From Fidelibacterota bacterium (GTDB lineage Bacteria > Fidelibacterota > UBA8477 > JABMPR01): a DNA stretch of 64,000 nucleotides. Both the position numbers and the translations under genes were made by a program. Location: contig JABMQQ010000241.1 of assembly GCA_013202495.1 (NCBI GenBank), positions 6,928 to 70,927 on the forward strand, read 5' to 3'. Within the stretch, counting starts at the first letter, position 1. Each line of letters begins with the position of its first letter. The notes beneath the pieces were generated by a model that saw only the letters and a program-made list of their open reading frames with translations, searched no databases and had not been told where the DNA came from. Positions 61,019 to 64,000 of the stretch are shown here, piece after piece.

Positions 61019-61600
61019 CTAGAATCCGATAGCACTCACTAATAAGGAAAAGGCAAATACTGAGGCATCCTTTTGGGGGGCCCTATAATGTATGGCTAGC
61101 TCAGTGGTGATATGTTTGAATGGCTCAAACCCCATAGAAGCCATTAGACCTAATCCTTTTAAGGAATTGGGGGAATAATTCATTGATGGTTCAGCCATGA
61201 CCTCTTGATCAAAAAAATACCCTATCCCAGTTCCTAATCCAAAGAAAAGGGAAGGTGCTTGATCTTCTAGGAAATAAACCAATTGAAAAGCTTCTGTGCA
61301 GCTTATAATTCCCACATCAACTCCGCTTGAAGATTTTACATTATATGTTAGGGGATATCGAGTATAGAAGAGAGCGGTATTGTTATTAAAGGCATACCCT
61401 ATTTTAGGTGATGCTGCAAATCCCCATGACGCATTACTGTCTTCATCAGAACCAATAGCGTCCCATTGTATTCCGTTATAAACATCATAGCCTGGTCCAA
61501 AACCAAGACCTAGGACGAATCCCTTTCGTTCTCCATCCCATGCAAGAATTGATGTTGAAGTGATTAACATTATTAAAACTGTAAGTTTCGCTTTATTCAT
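61019..61600 (-). CDS. Small outer-membrane beta-barrel protein (OmpW/OmpA-like porin fold).
   Basis: Signal peptide MNKAKLTVLIMLITSTSILA. Alternating hydrophobic strands. C-terminal aromatic residue (...LLVSAIGF). Confidence 0.5.
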   Translation of the reverse strand: MNKAKLTVLIMLITSTSILAWDGERKGFVLGLGFGPGYDVYNGIQWDAIGSDEDSNASWGFAASPKIGYAFNNNTALFYTRYPLTYNVKSSSGVDVGIISCTEAFQLVYFLEDQAPSLFFGLGTGIGYFFDQEVMAEPSMNYSPNSLKGLGLMASMGFEPFKHITTELAIHYRAPQKDASVFAFSLLVSAIGF

Positions 61601-61890
61601 TCTTCTTCCCTGTCTAGTCTTCTCAATAATTATGAATGATAACTTGTTTAGAAGCTATGCTAATCAATCATTAGCTTGTTAATAGCAGCATGATTGAATC
61701 CTTTGATTATCAGCCAAAGCGCCATCACAATTTCCTGTGGAGCTAACACCATTTGTAAATAAAAACCGATACCGTTATCCATGTGGAAGAAATGCAACAG
61801 AGCATAAGCCATATATGGAACCACACCGATAAAACCCCAGACTGACAACCACCGGGGAATGAATCAATTTCAATGGGGTTGTTAAATTCA

Positions 61891-62982
61891 TCACAAATAA
61901 ACAATCTTCACCACACTGGAATACTCACCTGCGTGTAGTCTTGCGAAGTACAGACCCCCAGCAACCTGATGTCCATCTTTATTTTTTCCGTTCCAGCGAA
62001 CCTTGTAGCTGCCTGGACCTTGAGATGTTGAAAACAGCGTATTCACTGCTCGGCCAGCCACATCGTAGATGACTAGTGAGACATTCGAATACGCAGGTAG
62101 ATTATACTCGATGATTGTGCTTGGGTTAAAGGGATTTGGATAGGCTGTTAGCAAATTTGAATGCATAATATTTTTCGCCTCTACTGCTCCAGTAACATGA
62201 ACATTTATCAATTGTGCTATAGAGTCGATTATGGAACCCTCTTGAAGAATAAATATTTTTAGCAGTCCATCATCTAGCCATCGACTTTCACCAATTGGAA
62301 AATCTACTGTATCCCATACAGTCTCAAGGCTAGCAGAATAACTGAAAGGAATGGAATCATGTCTAACCCAAAAAAAGGTCGAATTCATATAGTTGTCCCA
62401 GTCGGTTCTGGGTCTGAGATTGATGGAAAAACCCTCCCCGGCATCTGAAAACACAATCTTCTGGTAATCCATGTTTCCTGAATCAGGTTCCAGCAATAAC
62501 TCAGGAATAACACATCCACCTTCAATTCTCAATGTGTCAACCGATGGCATAAATCCTGAAACCAATTGGGATGTATCTGTTTCACCAATTTGGATAAATA
62601 ATAGCTCGGAAAATAAGGGCGGCTCATAGGTGAGGAATAACACTCCGTTCAACGCTATATTACCGACGTTTTCAGGGTGATCCTCAATGAAATAGTCCCA
62701 GCTCCAAGAGACAATGGCATCCGATTCTATTAACAAGTTGTGTCGATTTGTTAGACATGCTAGACTTGTGTCATCAAGTGAAAACCAATCACCAATAAAG
62801 TAGGCAGATTCACAGTCGGTCTCGATAGGTAGCTCGACTGCTAGACTTCCGTTGTTTTTCGCTTCTAGCGTAATATGGATGGTATCACTTAAAGAATACT
62901 CTATCCTATTAGTTGATATGGTCAAGTCTACCTGACCAAATGCTGTCAAAGTACTTAGGAGAATAATTATTAAGATTTGCAT
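61891..62982 (-). CDS. Secreted protein of unknown function with a T9SS C-terminal sorting domain.
   Basis: Signal peptide MQILIIILLSTLTAFGQ. C-terminus AYPNPFNPSTIIEYNL...YSSVVKIVYL. Confidence 0.6.
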   Translation of the reverse strand: MQILIIILLSTLTAFGQVDLTISTNRIEYSLSDTIHITLEAKNNGSLAVELPIETDCESAYFIGDWFSLDDTSLACLTNRHNLLIESDAIVSWSWDYFIEDHPENVGNIALNGVLFLTYEPPLFSELLFIQIGETDTSQLVSGFMPSVDTLRIEGGCVIPELLLEPDSGNMDYQKIVFSDAGEGFSINLRPRTDWDNYMNSTFFWVRHDSIPFSYSASLETVWDTVDFPIGESRWLDDGLLKIFILQEGSIIDSIAQLINVHVTGAVEAKNIMHSNLLTAYPNPFNPSTIIEYNLPAYSNVSLVIYDVAGRAVNTLFSTSQGPGSYKVRWNGKNKDGHQVAGGLYFARLHAGEYSSVVKIVYL

Positions 62983-63167
62983 AGCGCCCCCGCGAAGTTT
63001 TTGAATTTACTGGAATCTAGCCTATTGAGCTAATTAATCAAGGGCTCAGGAGTGTGTAATAGTTTCTTGGGAATTGGTTGAGATTACCCGCTATAGGTAG
63101 AGGTGTGAGGTTCTTGTACTATTTTTGTGGAGATGTGAGTCAGCTCTCAGCCTTTGTGTGGCAGAAA

Positions 63168-64000
63168 CTATCTACTGCTATCTATGGGATAGGTGAATAT
63201 CCGATTTTCATTTATATGTTTCGCAAACCTAAATGCAATTTCTTCACTTGGATGGTAAAAGTCACCCATTTCTTCCTGGATGTTAATACCGTCTCGCACC
63301 GCATCCTTGAGCAAATTGAAGAGGTCAACATGTGGTATTCCATTCTGATTAAGTATGCTGATTATCTGGTCTCTACTACTCTTTTCAGTTGGGCTCCATT
63401 CCCTGTATGGCTTTAGATATGGTAAAACCAATACTGTAAATTCAACATTCTTTTCTGCTAAGATATCCCGGATTTCTGTTAAGCTATCTTGCACTTCTTG
63501 AATAATTGCCTCTCTGCTAGAGTTATTGAGGGAGATTATTAACCCCACAACAAGCCTATAAAAGTAACTATGTTGGAACAACCATGGATTGATGTTTTCT
63601 AACCGGGTATTCGGAGCATAGACAAGAAGCTTTTTATCCTGATAAAATGAGACTGGAGTTGTCTCAAAGTCATTCAAATGAAAAGTCAAGACAACATGAT
63701 CAGGATCGATGGCCAGATTATACTTCTTGAGCAAATTGACCTCTTGGAGAGTGTTGTAAGATTCTACCCCAGCATTCCAATATTCAAAATCATCATCCCC
63801 CAGTATCTCCCGAAGAGCAGCAATTATTTTGCCCCGAATAGTTACTGAATCCCCAATGAACAACAAACGCTTAACATTCAGCCTCTTTTCTATGCTGTAT
63901 GAATTTACTTTGGTCGCGTATTCATTATAGAAAGAATTTCCTAGAATCGGACGAAATCCAAATTCCTGATCAATTGTATAAAGCTTGGTCAGATCCGCAG
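63168..64000 (-). CDS. SGNH/GDSL-hydrolase-like protein, 5'-partial: the reading frame stays open to the window end.
   Basis: GDS block LLFIGDSVTI. C-terminal DxxH block GDFYHPSEE. The frame upstream of the annotated Met is open with no stop through position 64000 (...ADLTKLYTIDQEFGFRPILGNSFYNEYATKVNSYSIEKRLNVKR-LLFIGDS). Confidence 0.55.
   Translation of the reverse strand, partial: ADLTKLYTIDQEFGFRPILGNSFYNEYATKVNSYSIEKRLNVKRLLFIGDSVTIRGKIIAALREILGDDDFEYWNAGVESYNTLQEVNLLKKYNLAIDPDHVVLTFHLNDFETTPVSFYQDKKLLVYAPNTRLENINPWLFQHSYFYRLVVGLIISLNNSSREAIIQEVQDSLTEIRDILAEKNVEFTVLVLPYLKPYREWSPTEKSSRDQIISILNQNGIPHVDLFNLLKDAVRDGINIQEEMGDFYHPSEEIAFRFAKHINENRIFTYPIDSSR

Noticed and set aside
61660-61848. 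A 62-aa hydrophobic ORF (MSVWGFIGVVPYMAYALLHFF...WLIIKGFN) that looks like a fragment of a membrane protein.
   Set aside because: Too short and without a start context to call. It could be a remnant or a genuine small membrane protein, but the evidence is insufficient.
63078-63416. A 112-aa plus-strand ORF overlapping the SGNH-like gene.
   Set aside because: It is antisense to a gene with GDS and DxxH hydrolase blocks and has odd composition. Treated as a shadow ORF.
1-64000. Searched for CRISPR arrays, rRNA genes, and integrase/transposase genes.
   Set aside because: No regularly spaced direct repeats with unique spacers, no rRNA-like conserved stretches, and no recombinase-like ORFs were seen anywhere in the window.

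Overview
This 64-kb window comes from a moderately AT-rich bacterial chromosome; reading the sequence, it is roughly 40-45% GC. Genes use canonical Shine-Dalgarno sites (AAGGAG/AGGAGG before several starts) and TAG/TAA/TGA stops. At least four proteins carry a C-terminal T9SS/Por-type sorting domain (the (Q)NYPNPFNPSTTI...YL(K) motif). The window is gene-dense, about 50 CDS. Both edge genes are partial.

Main content:
- Signalling: a large Y_Y_Y/propeller-PAS-HisKA_2 sensor kinase, two further PAS sensor kinases with stand-alone receiver genes, and a sigma54-type two-component pair next to a MacAB-like efflux operon (membrane fusion protein, ABC ATPase, two FtsX permeases).
- Exported hydrolases: an endonuclease I + Calx-beta + lamin-tail-domain nuclease and an S1/P1 nuclease, both T9SS cargo; a GH20 beta-hexosaminidase and a GH97 glycosidase; a very large S8 subtilase (T9SS cargo); and a beta-lactamase-fold hydrolase fused to TPR repeats.
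- Metabolic and housekeeping genes: butyrate kinase, GreA, DDAH-like amidinotransferase, a BASS transporter, a two-subunit Tat-exported xanthine-dehydrogenase-family molybdoenzyme, an SDR oxidoreductase with an AraC regulator, PAP2 phosphatase, M55 D-aminopeptidase, an ICMT-like methyltransferase, and a class V aminotransferase.

Features worth a second look:
- Three tandem paralogues of a membrane-anchored TolB_N-like/TPR protein, the third split by a frameshift.
- Two paralogous small-membrane-protein + XRE regulator modules sharing an upstream TACTACTT/ATGTTA motif.
- A decayed GNAT acetyltransferase pseudogene carrying four lesions.
- A Gly-rich ~22-aa repeat protein translationally coupled to a DUF1232 gene.
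- A 530-bp intergenic region with a duplicated ~55-nt element plus inverted GACACGAATG motifs.
- Two near-identical terminator hairpins.
- A low-GC (~30%) islet carrying a Firmicutes-like SAM methyltransferase.

No CRISPR array or rRNA gene was seen. No tRNA gene could be confirmed by eye.
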